Notes under the pieces: generated by a model
Told to the model about the DNA's origin: nothing
What the model saw: the letters and a program-made list of their open reading frames with translations, nothing else
The model's database searches: none
NCBI GenBank assembly: GCA_018303845.1
Contig: JAGVXH010000004.1
Span: 197,165-261,164 of the forward strand
Length of the DNA stretch: 64,000 bases
DNA from: Candidatus Pacearchaeota archaeon
Lineage (GTDB): Archaea > Nanobdellota > Nanobdellia > Pacearchaeales > GW2011-AR1
Reading direction: 5' to 3'
Shown here: in pieces, positions 38,974-48,169 of the stretch
Position numbering within the stretch: the first letter of the stretch is position 1
Layout: each line of letters begins with the position of its first letter
Program-made: the position numbers and the translations under genes

Positions 38974-39059
38974 AAGGAATTCGCAAAATAAAATGTACCT
39001 ATTCTAAATTTCAACAAATACACAACATTTTCTAATCCCTAACATCTAATTTCTAGGCC

Positions 39060-39557
39060 CTAACTTATCCTCTCTTTCCTTCTTCTCTCCTTAGGCAAAA
39101 ACCCAAACAACTTCATCCCATCCGCCCCGACCTTCCCAATCCCAACAAAATCCTTCCCATCAAACGACTTAACGCAAACAAAACCTTCATCCATTTTTTG
39201 CTTCTCCTCTAATTCAATATCCCTTCCCAAAAACCATTCAATCTCCTGTTCCTCTGTCAAAACTAAAACCCGACCCTCAAGTTGCTCCTTCCAAACATGC
39301 ATCCCATCAAGCGAAAGCCTTACCTCACGAACCCCACTTCGATTAACCATATCTTTCCCAACATACAACCCAACACCTTCAATTGGCAACAATTTCCAAA
39401 GATCCATAATCTGCTCCCGGTCCAAATCTCCACTAAACGCCCGAATCCTTTCCTCCCCGCTTCGAACTAGCATCTCTGAAATCTTCGTTATCCCAAACTC
39501 ATTTAATCCATCAACAAACTTTTTCTTCTTCGTTCTGTCCAAAATTTGAATCTTCAT
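39060..39557 (-). CDS. NIP7-like pre-PUA/PUA RNA-binding protein
   Basis: 165 aa. The C-terminus GFVCVKSFDGKDFVGIGKVGADGMKLFGFLPKERR is PUA-like. Length and layout match archaeal NIP7 homologues. Assigned from memory only. Confidence 0.5.
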   Translation of the reverse strand: MKIQILDRTKKKKFVDGLNEFGITKISEMLVRSGEERIRAFSGDLDREQIMDLWKLLPIEGVGLYVGKDMVNRSGVREVRLSLDGMHVWKEQLEGRVLVLTEEQEIEWFLGRDIELEEKQKMDEGFVCVKSFDGKDFVGIGKVGADGMKLFGFLPKERRRKERIS

Positions 39558-39600
39558 TTCCCACCTCTCAATTCAAAATAATCACAATAGTCAAGTCTTC

Positions 39601-39652
39601 CCAAACCCCCAAACCCCCAAACCCCCAAACCCCCATGAAAATCTCCGATTTT
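39601..39652 (+). repeat. (CCCCCAAA)4 + hairpin element, copy 1
   Basis: cc(aaaccccc)x4-atgaaaatctccgatttt. 51/52 identical to copy 2. Confidence 0.95.
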
Positions 39653-39681
39653 AAAAGCCGCCAACTCGGGCGAAGCCCTAA

Positions 39682-39733
39682 CCAAACCCCCAAACCCCCA
39701 AACCCCCAAACCCCCATGAAAATCTCTGATTTT
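39682..39733 (+). repeat. (CCCCCAAA)4 + hairpin element, copy 2
   Basis: cc(aaaccccc)x4-atgaaaatctctgatttt. The flank atgaaaatc-tct-gattttcat (39716-39736) is a perfect 9-bp inverted repeat overlapping the GDPD stop codon. Confidence 0.95.
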
Positions 39734-40488
39734 CATCTCCCACCAGCATAAGCCATATCGTCCGCAATCAATATCGCCAAATTTAATTTCCTAACCTTTT
39801 CATAATCACTCTTAGAAGTCAAACTATAAACTCCAACATCACACCCAGCAAATTTCTTCAAATATTTCTCGCTAACTAAATCCTTCGGTAAAAAAACATA
39901 ATCAACATCAATCAAACGAAAACCAATAATCCCAGCAACCTTCTCAAAAAAACTCTCACTACTAATCAACAATCCAACTTTAACCCCATGAAGCATTCGC
40001 CCTATCTTCATAACAGCAAGAATATTAAAAGATTCAACAATCAAATAATCAAACAACTTTAATCTAGGATTTTTTAAATTAAAATCAATCAACTTCTCAG
40101 CCAATGCATCTTCCAACTTCCCACCAAAATAACCTTTCCTCTTAATCTCCAGCAAAAGATGTTTGGGAATCTTGCCATTTTTCCAATCCTCTAAAACATC
40201 ATCCAGCGTAGGAATAAAACCCTCCTTAAAACCCAAAGCCTTTCCAACATCAATCCTCTTTAAATCATTCATGCCCAAATCGCAAGCATAATTATTCCCG
40301 CCACCAAAACGCTCCAATTTCCTATCATGAAAAACAAAAAGCTTTCCGTCCCTAGACAGCTGAACATCAAATTCAATTCCATCAAACCCCTCTTTCTTCG
40401 CCAACCTAAAAGCCGCAAGTGTATTCTCACAAGCCTTCCCCCGAACACCCCGATGCCCAAATCTCAAACTCTTAAACTTCGCCATCAC
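39733..40488 (-). CDS. glycerophosphodiester phosphodiesterase
   Basis: GHRGVRG..ENTLAAF, GFDGIEFDVQLSRDGKLFVFHD. Typical GDPD motifs. Confidence 0.9.
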   Translation of the reverse strand: MMAKFKSLRFGHRGVRGKACENTLAAFRLAKKEGFDGIEFDVQLSRDGKLFVFHDRKLERFGGGNNYACDLGMNDLKRIDVGKALGFKEGFIPTLDDVLEDWKNGKIPKHLLLEIKRKGYFGGKLEDALAEKLIDFNLKNPRLKLFDYLIVESFNILAVMKIGRMLHGVKVGLLISSESFFEKVAGIIGFRLIDVDYVFLPKDLVSEKYLKKFAGCDVGVYSLTSKSDYEKVRKLNLAILIADDMAYAGGR

Positions 40489-40940
40489 AAAATCCTCTCC
40501 ATAGCAATCCGTCGTCCTTTATAATTTTTTATCATACTCTTCGGAAATAATTTTTTAGAAGGTTTTTCAATTTCAACAAATCCATTCTTCCCGTAAAACC
40601 GAATCGCATTTCCCATTTCAGAATATGTCGTTAAAAGAATTTTTTCAAAACCAGCTTTCTCACAAAAATCAAAACACTTCTTCATAAGCTTATCACCAAC
40701 TCCATTTTTCTGAAAGTCTTTTTGAACATACATCCTTTTCAAGCTCGCAACCTTATCATCAACTTTTTTAATCGCCGCACATCCAATTATTTTCCCATCT
40801 TCCTCGGCTACGAAAAAAACATCATAATAATTAAAATCTTCCCATTCAATTTTAATCGAACCATACATATCGCACAAAATACAACGAATCAATTCTCTAA
40901 TCTTAGCCATGTCCCCAGAATTATATTTCCGAATTTTCAT
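40485..40940 (-). CDS. GNAT-family N-acetyltransferase
   Basis: LKRMYVQKDFQKNGVGDKLMKKCFDFCEKAGFEKILLTT (motif A, Q/RxxGxG/A). Confidence 0.85.
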   Translation of the reverse strand: MKIRKYNSGDMAKIRELIRCILCDMYGSIKIEWEDFNYYDVFFVAEEDGKIIGCAAIKKVDDKVASLKRMYVQKDFQKNGVGDKLMKKCFDFCEKAGFEKILLTTYSEMGNAIRFYGKNGFVEIEKPSKKLFPKSMIKNYKGRRIAMERIL

Positions 40941-41517
40941 CTAAATGCCTCACACAGTTTAACAAAATTTCATTAAAGTTTTTATCTTCATCAATTTCAA
41001 AAATACTAATTGAAGTATTTCCCAAATTAGGAATATCTTTATGCTCACAATTCATTACATGTCTTAAAATATTCTTGCAGATTCCACTATGTCCAACCAA
41101 AAGAATATTTTCGAAATCCAAAGTCAAAATATAATTCAACAAATCTTTAGCTCTGGCAAGAATCTCTTCATGAGTTTCAACATCATCTCCCTTGATAACG
41201 TCAGCAATAAGCTTATCCTTTCCAATTCCCAAGTCTTCTTTTTCTCTTTTCCCTTGAAAACTTCCAAGATATCTTTCCCTCAATCTCTCATCAAACAAAA
41301 TTTCACAATCATGAAACCTCGCAACTTCTCTCGTCGTATCAACCGCTCGAGCCAAATCACTAGAAATAATCAAATCTATCTTTTCATCCTTTAATTTTTT
41401 CGCCAATCTCTGAGCCTGTTCCCTCCCTAAATCCGAAAGAACTCCAGGCAAATGTCCTTGAATAATTCCCGCCCGATTCTCTACTGTTTCTCCATGCCTA
41501 GTAATAATAAGCCTCAT
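40921..41517 (-). CDS. histidine phosphatase (phosphoglycerate mutase family)
   Basis: MRLIITRHGETVEN (RHG catalytic motif) and a later LLVGHSG. The internal ATG is preceded by GGAGG. Confidence 0.85.
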   Translation of the reverse strand: MRLIITRHGETVENRAGIIQGHLPGVLSDLGREQAQRLAKKLKDEKIDLIISSDLARAVDTTREVARFHDCEILFDERLRERYLGSFQGKREKEDLGIGKDKLIADVIKGDDVETHEEILARAKDLLNYILTLDFENILLVGHSGICKNILRHVMNCEHKDIPNLGNTSISIFEIDEDKNFNEILLNCVRHLDENSEI

Positions 41518-41540
41518 CCCAAAACCTCCCAACTCAAAAA

Positions 41541-41571
41541 GTCCGCGTTAGTCCGCGTTAGTCCGCGTGCC
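41541..41571 (+). repeat. triple 10-nt repeat family, copy d (gtccgcgtta x2 + gtccgcgtgcc)
   Basis: Three tandem 10-mers in the 55-nt gap between two minus-strand genes. Confidence 0.85.
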
Positions 41572-41572
41572 A

Positions 41573-42208
41573 TTATTTCCCTTCCCTCATCAATTTATTC
41601 ATCTCATCATAAGAAATCCTAAACCCATAAACTCTTTCAAACAAATCATAAAACTGATCCTCACTTTTAATAGAACCCAATCCTTTCAAAAGCTCCAATA
41701 CATTTTCTTTACCAAATTCTTCAACTAAAATCTTAACAACAAATCCAGATTCATTATAAACAAATTTTCCATATTCGCCATAAAAATCCAAAAAGTTAAC
41801 AAACTTTTCAGGACAAGTTCGAGTCTTGTATTGCCCAGCCAAATAAAGTGCCAATCCCTCACTTAACCAAACAGGAGTATGCGAATAATGAAAAAGATTC
41901 CAAAAGGAGTGCGTAAGTTCGTGTTTAATTAGCATAAAAAATCTTTCATCAGAATAGATATGACCATCAGCATCTTTCTCGTAAGCTTCAGGATCTAAAA
42001 GATAAATAGAGTCATTACATGCAAAAGCAATTTCCCAACCATCAGTTTCTTTATCTCTAATAGAGTTGTAAGTCTTTCTGTCAGGAACAAAAACAATTTT
42101 AGTCCTATTCATAATCCAATCTCTCTCAAAAAATTCATCTAATTCCTTCATTGCCCGCTCATAAAATTCATCAAATTTCTCATTCTTAATTTTCTCAATC
42201 TTAAACAT
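41573..42208 (-). CDS. putative HExxH zinc metallopeptidase (peptidase MA-like)
   Basis: LIKHELTHSFWNLF ... WLSEGLALYLAG (HExxH plus a downstream Glu). Internal ATG chosen just after the upstream stop. Confidence 0.6.
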   Translation of the reverse strand: MFKIEKIKNEKFDEFYERAMKELDEFFERDWIMNRTKIVFVPDRKTYNSIRDKETDGWEIAFACNDSIYLLDPEAYEKDADGHIYSDERFFMLIKHELTHSFWNLFHYSHTPVWLSEGLALYLAGQYKTRTCPEKFVNFLDFYGEYGKFVYNESGFVVKILVEEFGKENVLELLKGLGSIKSEDQFYDLFERVYGFRISYDEMNKLMREGK

Positions 42209-43208
42209 TTTTTCCCTCCTCCCCCAACTTCCGAATCCGCGCCACGAAAAATCCGTCGGTATCATTATCCTGCGGGTACAGCCTCAAACACTTACTAACT
42301 TCATCTGAAAACTTCTCTCCTTCCCATTCACAAACCCCGCTTCTAAACTTCAAAGGCAAACTCAATTTTTCAACCTCACAATCAAACTTCCTAAGTAAAG
42401 AATTAACCGTCATCTCATTTTCTTCCGGACTCAAAGTGCAAGTCGAATAAATCATAACCCCGCCAACTTTTAGCAAATTAAACGCAGCCCCAGCTAGCGC
42501 CCTTTGAGTCTTCGCAATCTTTCTAATCATATGTGGATTCCACATCTCAAAAGTCTTAGGACTCTTCCTCAAAGTCCCCTCCCCCGAACAAGGCGCGTCC
42601 ACCAAAATCTTATCAAACCTAAACTGCGACTTCTTAAACAGCCTATCACAAAGCGCAACGCCTTCCATCCGACAAACAATCGTATTCATGACCCCACACC
42701 TTTCCAAATTAGAATTCAAAATCCCAATCCTCCCCATGTTCAACTCATTTGCCAAAATAAACCCGCCATTCCCCATCATCGCTGCGGCTTGCGTAGTCTT
42801 ACTCCCAGGCGAAGCACACAAATCCAAAACATGGTCTCCCTCCTCAGGACGCAAAGCCATCATCGGAAGCATAGAAGAAATTTCCTGAACATAATAATAC
42901 CCAAGCAAATGCTCCCTAGTCTTCCCCAAATCCCCAGGAAGAGGCCCAGAATCCACAATCATTACCTCGGGAAAATCCTTAAACGGCTGTCGAACAACCC
43001 ATCCATAATTCTGCAATCTCTTAAGCAACTCCTTAGCATCCATCTTCAAAGTATTACACCGAATCGAGCTAGGACACTTAGTATAAGAAATATCAAAAAA
43101 TTCCTTCGCTCCAGCCTCACCTAAAAGCACCTCCATCTTTTTCACAAAACCTTCTTTCGGAGGAAACTTCTCTCTCAAGTACGCAGAATAACTCTTCCGT
43201 TCATCCAT
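42201..43208 (-). CDS. NOL1/NOP2/Sun-family RNA cytosine-C5 methyltransferase
   Basis: VLDLCASPGSKT (SAM site), ILVDAPCSGEGT (motif IV), MIYSTCTLSPEENE (motif VI), C-terminal TDGFFVARIRK. Confidence 0.9.
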   Translation of the reverse strand: MDERKSYSAYLREKFPPKEGFVKKMEVLLGEAGAKEFFDISYTKCPSSIRCNTLKMDAKELLKRLQNYGWVVRQPFKDFPEVMIVDSGPLPGDLGKTREHLLGYYYVQEISSMLPMMALRPEEGDHVLDLCASPGSKTTQAAAMMGNGGFILANELNMGRIGILNSNLERCGVMNTIVCRMEGVALCDRLFKKSQFRFDKILVDAPCSGEGTLRKSPKTFEMWNPHMIRKIAKTQRALAGAAFNLLKVGGVMIYSTCTLSPEENEMTVNSLLRKFDCEVEKLSLPLKFRSGVCEWEGEKFSDEVSKCLRLYPQDNDTDGFFVARIRKLGEEGKNV

Positions 43209-43248
43209 AAAAACAAAACATTTTCTCTGTATAAAAACCTAACCAACC

Positions 43249-45183
43249 CTACTCAAAAAACACCTGCGAAACTCCCCTCACTTTTCCAACCCTACCAACC
43301 ATCCAACAAACATCATCAAGCCCTCGAGGGATAACAACAAAATCACATTCAACATCCCCATTTCCAACAATTCGCGCATTCGCACTCCGAACAACAAACC
43401 CACCTCTCGAAATCGTATTCAACAAATCTGCCAAAATCCCACTCCTGTCTCCGCAAAGAGCTTTAAGTCTCAAAGGTCGATTAAACTTTTCCTTCCAAAA
43501 AACAGGAACAGCATTTTTCAAATTTCCAGCAAGTCGCGGACAATCACTTTTATGAACCAAAATCTTTTTCTGCGATTTCGCAACCCCAAGCAACTCGTCT
43601 TTCGGTAAAGGGTAACAACACTTCGCAAAAGAAAAATCACTTCGCAAAAAATCAGCAGATTCAACCAAGCTATCAAAATCCCTCTCGTCGCCAATCAAAA
43701 TATTCGGTTTCTTCGGAACAGGAATAGATTCATATCTTTTAATCCCCTGTCTAATCTTAGATTTCGCTCTAGATGAAACAACAAACTTCAACCAGTCCCT
43801 TCGTGGCCTCTGATTCTTATTGGTCAAAATCTCAACAACACATCCATTCTTCAAGACTTCCTTCAACGAAACAAATTTCCCATCAATCCTCCCGCCAATA
43901 GCCCGCTCTCCAATCTGCTGATGAATTGAATAAGCAAAATCCAAAAGCGTAGCGTCCTTAGGAAGTTCACGGACATCGCCCTTTGGAGTATAGCAATAAA
44001 TTTTATCCGCAAACAAATCAAGTTTCAAATTCTTCATAAATTCTTTATCAGTTGAATCCCTCTGCGACTCCATCAAAGCCTTCATCCATCCAACCTTCTT
44101 CTCAAAACCAGCATCTCCAGAAACACCCTTATAATTCCAATGAGAAGCAATCCCCTCCTCTGCCTCTTCGTCCATTTTCTCAGTCCTAATCTGCACTTCA
44201 ATTTCCTTAGCATTCTCGTCTCCTGCCTCCCGTTTCCCATCCGCATTTCCAACAGACACCCGCACGACCGTATGAAGCGACTGGTATCCACTAAGTTTTG
44301 GAGAATTAATATAATCTTTTAATCTCCCCTCAACCGGAATAAATCTTTCGTGCAAAATCCCAAGCACATCATAGCAATCTCGCTCTCCCTTAACGATAAT
44401 CCTAATCGCATAATGATCTTTCTGTTTGCTAAGCGGCTCGCCCCTTTTATGTATTTTATCAAAAATACTTTTAATCTGTTTATTTCTCCCCTTAATTTTC
44501 ACAACTCCAACTCGTGGTTTCAAAATCTCTCCAAGTTCCTCAATAAACTTCCTAAGAAATTCTTCTCGTTCACTTTTCGTCTCCTTAAAAAAATTAGAAA
44601 TCTCTTCGTACTTTCGCGGGTGAAGTGTCTTAAACGCAAGGTCTTCCAAATTATTTTTAATATAATCAAGCCCAAGCCTCATCGCCAAAGGAACATAAAT
44701 CTCCAAAATATCCTCGGCAATTCGCCTTTGCTCCTTTTCTTTTAACGCAGAAATAATTCTCAAATTCGCAAGCTTAACAGCAAGCTTAACAAAAACAACT
44801 CGAACATCATCAAGCCCAGTAAGCAAAATCTTCCTAACCATTTCCGCCTGAACCAAAGTATTATTCTTTTTTATTACCCGAAGTTGCAACTGCCCAAAAA
44901 CAATTTTAGCAATCTCTTCACCAAACTCCATAGCAATATCTTTGAAGGCAAGGTCCTTTTCAACGCCATACAAAATACCAGCGACTACAATTTCAGCAGA
45001 TAAACCACTCATGACCAAAATCTCTCCAACGTCAAGATTAAATTCAGAAAGCGGCGTCCTAGAAAATTCTTTTTCTCCAACCAGATTTAGCTCGACAAAT
45101 TCAATCGACTTATTTATCAATCGCAGATCCTTATTAGAATATTTTCTCTCGCAAAGTTCAAGAAATCTTTCCTTATTTTTCAT
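43249..45183 (-). CDS. long RelA/SpoT homologue ((p)ppGpp synthetase; hydrolase domain apparently degenerate)
   Basis: Synthetase motifs GRNKQIKSIFDKI, DHYAIRIIV, YINSPKLSGYQSLHT, EVQIRTEKMDEEAEEGIASHWNYKG. TGS domain (IYCYTPKGDVRELPKDATLLDFAYSIH). CC/zinc-finger region (AKCCYPLP). ACT/RRM-like C-terminus. The HD signature position reads GILYGVEKD instead of LLHDxxED. Confidence 0.88.
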   Translation of the reverse strand: MKNKERFLELCERKYSNKDLRLINKSIEFVELNLVGEKEFSRTPLSEFNLDVGEILVMSGLSAEIVVAGILYGVEKDLAFKDIAMEFGEEIAKIVFGQLQLRVIKKNNTLVQAEMVRKILLTGLDDVRVVFVKLAVKLANLRIISALKEKEQRRIAEDILEIYVPLAMRLGLDYIKNNLEDLAFKTLHPRKYEEISNFFKETKSEREEFLRKFIEELGEILKPRVGVVKIKGRNKQIKSIFDKIHKRGEPLSKQKDHYAIRIIVKGERDCYDVLGILHERFIPVEGRLKDYINSPKLSGYQSLHTVVRVSVGNADGKREAGDENAKEIEVQIRTEKMDEEAEEGIASHWNYKGVSGDAGFEKKVGWMKALMESQRDSTDKEFMKNLKLDLFADKIYCYTPKGDVRELPKDATLLDFAYSIHQQIGERAIGGRIDGKFVSLKEVLKNGCVVEILTNKNQRPRRDWLKFVVSSRAKSKIRQGIKRYESIPVPKKPNILIGDERDFDSLVESADFLRSDFSFAKCCYPLPKDELLGVAKSQKKILVHKSDCPRLAGNLKNAVPVFWKEKFNRPLRLKALCGDRSGILADLLNTISRGGFVVRSANARIVGNGDVECDFVVIPRGLDDVCWMVGRVGKVRGVSQVFFE

Positions 45184-45275
45184 AATAGTATAAAGAAGTC
45201 CAAATTAATAAATCTAACACAAAACATACTTTCAATCCCAATAATCCTTATTAACTAAAATCACCCTTCTCTCTT

Positions 45276-46406
45276 ATGCCATCAAAGAAAAGAGTAGTCC
45301 ACCTAATTATCACAAACCTAATTCGCTTCATCCTTTTCTTAACCTTTATTTACGCCATTACATCAAATCGAACTCTTGTTCAAACCATTTCTGCAATCGC
45401 TTTTGTAATAACCTTCATCCCAACAATCCTAAACAAAATCTTCAACATCCAAATCCCAGCGAGTGCTGAAATTCTCTACCTGATGTTTGTCTACGGACTT
45501 CTAATCCTAGGAGAACAAAGAGGTTTTTACCACGGCCTTTGGTGGTGGGACATATTAATGACATTCACCGCATCTCTCGCCCTAGGCTTCACGGCTCTTT
45601 CAATCATTCACGTCCTCCATAAAACAAACCGAATCAACACAAATCCATTTTTAGCAGCAATTCTAATATTCAGCCTAACTCTTTCTCTAGCAACACTATG
45701 GGAAGTATTCGAATTCACATTAGACACCTTAATCAGCTCAGGACTTCAAGCAAGTTTAATCGACACAATGCAAGACATTTCAATTAATGTTCTAGGCGCA
45801 GTCTTAATATCAATCGCAGGATACACATCTCTCAAGAAAGGAAATTCAATTTTTGCAAGCACATTTCTAACAAGCCTAATAGAAAAAACTCCTCTACTCT
45901 TAGGTCCAAAAAGGAAAGAAAAAGACCCCAAAAAAATAGCGCAAGAAATAATTCAGATTGGAGAGACTTCAAAAATAGAATTCAAGTCAACATTAAGAAC
46001 AAACCTTCACACAAATCAACCCGACAAAAAAATGGAACTAGCAGTAATAAAAACAATCGCAGCGTTCCTAAATACAAAAGGCGGAAATCTCATAGTTGGA
46101 ATCTCAGACGACAAAAGCATTTTAGGATTAGAACTAGACGGTTTTCAAAATGACGATAAAATAAATCTTCATTTAACAAATCTAATCAAGTCTCACATCG
46201 GAAACGAATTTCTCCCCTTCATAAAAACAGCAATAGTAGAAATAGAAAATAAAAAAATCCTCCTAATCTTATGCAGGGAATCCAAAAAAAGAGTATTTCT
46301 AAAATCAGATAACAAAGAAGAATTCTATATTAGAAACGGACCAGCAAGTGTGAAGCTAGAAGGCAACGCTCTAATCGATTACATTAATCACAAGTTCCAA
46401 AGTTAA
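45276..46406 (+). CDS. membrane-anchored AlbA_2 (Schlafen-type divergent AAA) domain protein
   Basis: About 6 N-terminal TM segments. The C-terminus GETSKIEFKSTLRTNL...ELAVIKTIAAFLNTKGGNLIVGISDDKSILGLE follows the AlbA_2 pattern. Confidence 0.68.
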   Translation: MPSKKRVVHLIITNLIRFILFLTFIYAITSNRTLVQTISAIAFVITFIPTILNKIFNIQIPASAEILYLMFVYGLLILGEQRGFYHGLWWWDILMTFTASLALGFTALSIIHVLHKTNRINTNPFLAAILIFSLTLSLATLWEVFEFTLDTLISSGLQASLIDTMQDISINVLGAVLISIAGYTSLKKGNSIFASTFLTSLIEKTPLLLGPKRKEKDPKKIAQEIIQIGETSKIEFKSTLRTNLHTNQPDKKMELAVIKTIAAFLNTKGGNLIVGISDDKSILGLELDGFQNDDKINLHLTNLIKSHIGNEFLPFIKTAIVEIENKKILLILCRESKKRVFLKSDNKEEFYIRNGPASVKLEGNALIDYINHKFQS

Positions 46407-46409
46407 ATT

Positions 46410-47036
46410 CTATTTGCCATCGTGCCAATGCCCACAACTCTCACAAGGCTTATTCAAAAACAAAATAGGAAAAACAATATCCGAAATACAACACGGAACA
46501 TAAACAGTCAAAAAGACTAGCCCAGAAATAAGCAAAATCCCTAAGGAATTAAGCTCAATTGAAAACGCCAAAATATAAAACAGACTAGCAAAGATAGACA
46601 AAAAAACATGCAACACATGACTCACACGAAACAAATCAGAATACATTCCAAGAACAGCTCCGAACAAAGCAACCCCCAAAATTAACAAAGGTTCTTCGAT
46701 AATAGGAAGATGAAAAGTCGTATCAAGCGACAATAAATTCCCAGCCAAAAAAGGAAAAACCACATCACTTAAACTTCCAATAGAAATTGCTCCAACTATC
46801 CCAATTAAAACACTTTCCCAAATAGATTTTTTATATTTCCAATAAAGAGCAGAAGTAGCAACTGCAGAAACTGCAACATGAGCAGGATGCGCAATTTCAA
46901 ATAACTCTTCACTCGGAACTCGTCCCAAATAATAAAAGACAGCAACCAAAATACCAGCAAATAAACTCGCACCCAAAGTAAATGGCAAATGATGTTTCAT
47001 TTCTCGCGAAATAGTTTGAATCTTTTTTTCTTTCAT
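46410..47036 (-). CDS. polytopic membrane protein with His/Cys-rich termini (possible metal-related)
   Basis: 6-7 TM segments. HHLPF, HPAHV, and C-terminal CC...CESCGHWHDGK. Family not recognised. Confidence 0.45.
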   Translation of the reverse strand: MKEKKIQTISREMKHHLPFTLGASLFAGILVAVFYYLGRVPSEELFEIAHPAHVAVSAVATSALYWKYKKSIWESVLIGIVGAISIGSLSDVVFPFLAGNLLSLDTTFHLPIIEEPLLILGVALFGAVLGMYSDLFRVSHVLHVFLSIFASLFYILAFSIELNSLGILLISGLVFLTVYVPCCISDIVFPILFLNKPCESCGHWHDGK

Positions 47037-47063
47037 GAAGCAACCAAAGAAATGTGTTTTAAA

Positions 47064-47918
47064 TTACTTTTCATCCAACAACAAACTCGCCCCAATAACC
47101 CCACCCATATCAACCTTCCCCCAAACAACCCTAATCTTCGTCGGCAAAAAAGAATACTTCGAAACACTCTTATTCACCATTTCTAAAAAGACCTTTCCAC
47201 TATCCCGAATCCCTCCTCCCAAAACAACAACCTCACTATCAAGCACACTAACAATACTCGCAATCCCCTCACCCAAATAATCCGCCGCCTCTTCCAGAAT
47301 TTCCCTAGCTTTCTCTCTTTTTCTAATGCCTAATTTCTTATTTCTTATTTCTCTAGTTAGATCTCTAACTAGCACTCCCTTCCCAAACTCTTTCTCAATT
47401 CTTCTTTTAGTCTCCTTCCACAAACTCTCAAAATCTTTACCTCGAACGAAAATATGCCCAAGCTCACTCCCATACCCACCAGCGCCACGATAAAGCTTCC
47501 CATCAATCACAACGCCTCCTCCAATCCCAGTCCCAAGCGCAATCACAAAAAAATTCCTCCTCTTAATCCCCATCTTCAACTCAGCCAAAGCAACACATCC
47601 AACATCATTAGCAACCTCAACCCGCTTTCCAAATTTTTTCTCTAGATACTTCTTCAAATTAAAATTCTTCAAATCAACATTTGGAGGATTCTTCACAACC
47701 CCATCCTTAACCGGAGCCGGAAATCCAACACCAATACCAACGACATCGTCCCTCATAAAATTCCCTGCAAGTTCACAAATCTTTTCCAAAAGTAATTTCC
47801 GACTCTTAGGCGTATCACAAGAAACAACTTTCAAAATCTTATTATTCAAAACCAATCCGCATCTAATACTAGTTCCCCCAATGTCAAACGCAATCACCGC
47901 TCTTTTATTTCCAAACAT
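47064..47918 (-). CDS. ROK-family glucokinase
   Basis: IAFDIGGTSIRCG (phosphate-1). ALGTGIGGGVVIDGKLYRGAGGYGSELGH (ROK signature). Confidence 0.85.
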   Translation of the reverse strand: MFGNKRAVIAFDIGGTSIRCGLVLNNKILKVVSCDTPKSRKLLLEKICELAGNFMRDDVVGIGVGFPAPVKDGVVKNPPNVDLKNFNLKKYLEKKFGKRVEVANDVGCVALAELKMGIKRRNFFVIALGTGIGGGVVIDGKLYRGAGGYGSELGHIFVRGKDFESLWKETKRRIEKEFGKGVLVRDLTREIRNKKLGIRKREKAREILEEAADYLGEGIASIVSVLDSEVVVLGGGIRDSGKVFLEMVNKSVSKYSFLPTKIRVVWGKVDMGGVIGASLLLDEK

Positions 47919-47953
47919 AAAAACAAAACATAAATCAACTTTATAATTCTTAC

Positions 47954-48169
47954 TTATTCAAAATACCCATAAACATAATCCCCCTTGGAAACAATCCGCC
48001 CCCCATCATCATGCTCCATCGAAACATTATCCCTCACCAAATCATAACTAACACTCCCACCGCAAACCATCGGCAACAATGTCATGCACAATAGAACCGC
48101 AAAAAAAATGCCCCGCCCCGAACCAAGAACGCTTTCTCTTTCAATTTTTTGTTTTGTTTGTTTTTTCAT
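47954..48169 (-). CDS. small secreted/anchored protein (third gene of the RHS module)
   Basis: Basic N-terminus, a hydrophobic segment ending ..LLPMVCGG, 71 aa. ATGA overlap with the upstream gene. Confidence 0.4.
   Translation of the reverse strand: MKKQTKQKIERESVLGSGRGIFFAVLLCMTLLPMVCGGSVSYDLVRDNVSMEHDDGGRIVSKGDYVYGYFE

Noticed and set aside
39554-39736. 60-aa ORF MKIRDFHGGLGVWGFGG...KIGDFHGGLGVWGFGG
   Set aside because: It is entirely the translation of the duplicated (CCCCCAAA)4 + hairpin element, and its internal duplication mirrors the DNA repeat. It overlaps the ends of both flanking genes. Treated as a repeat, not a gene.
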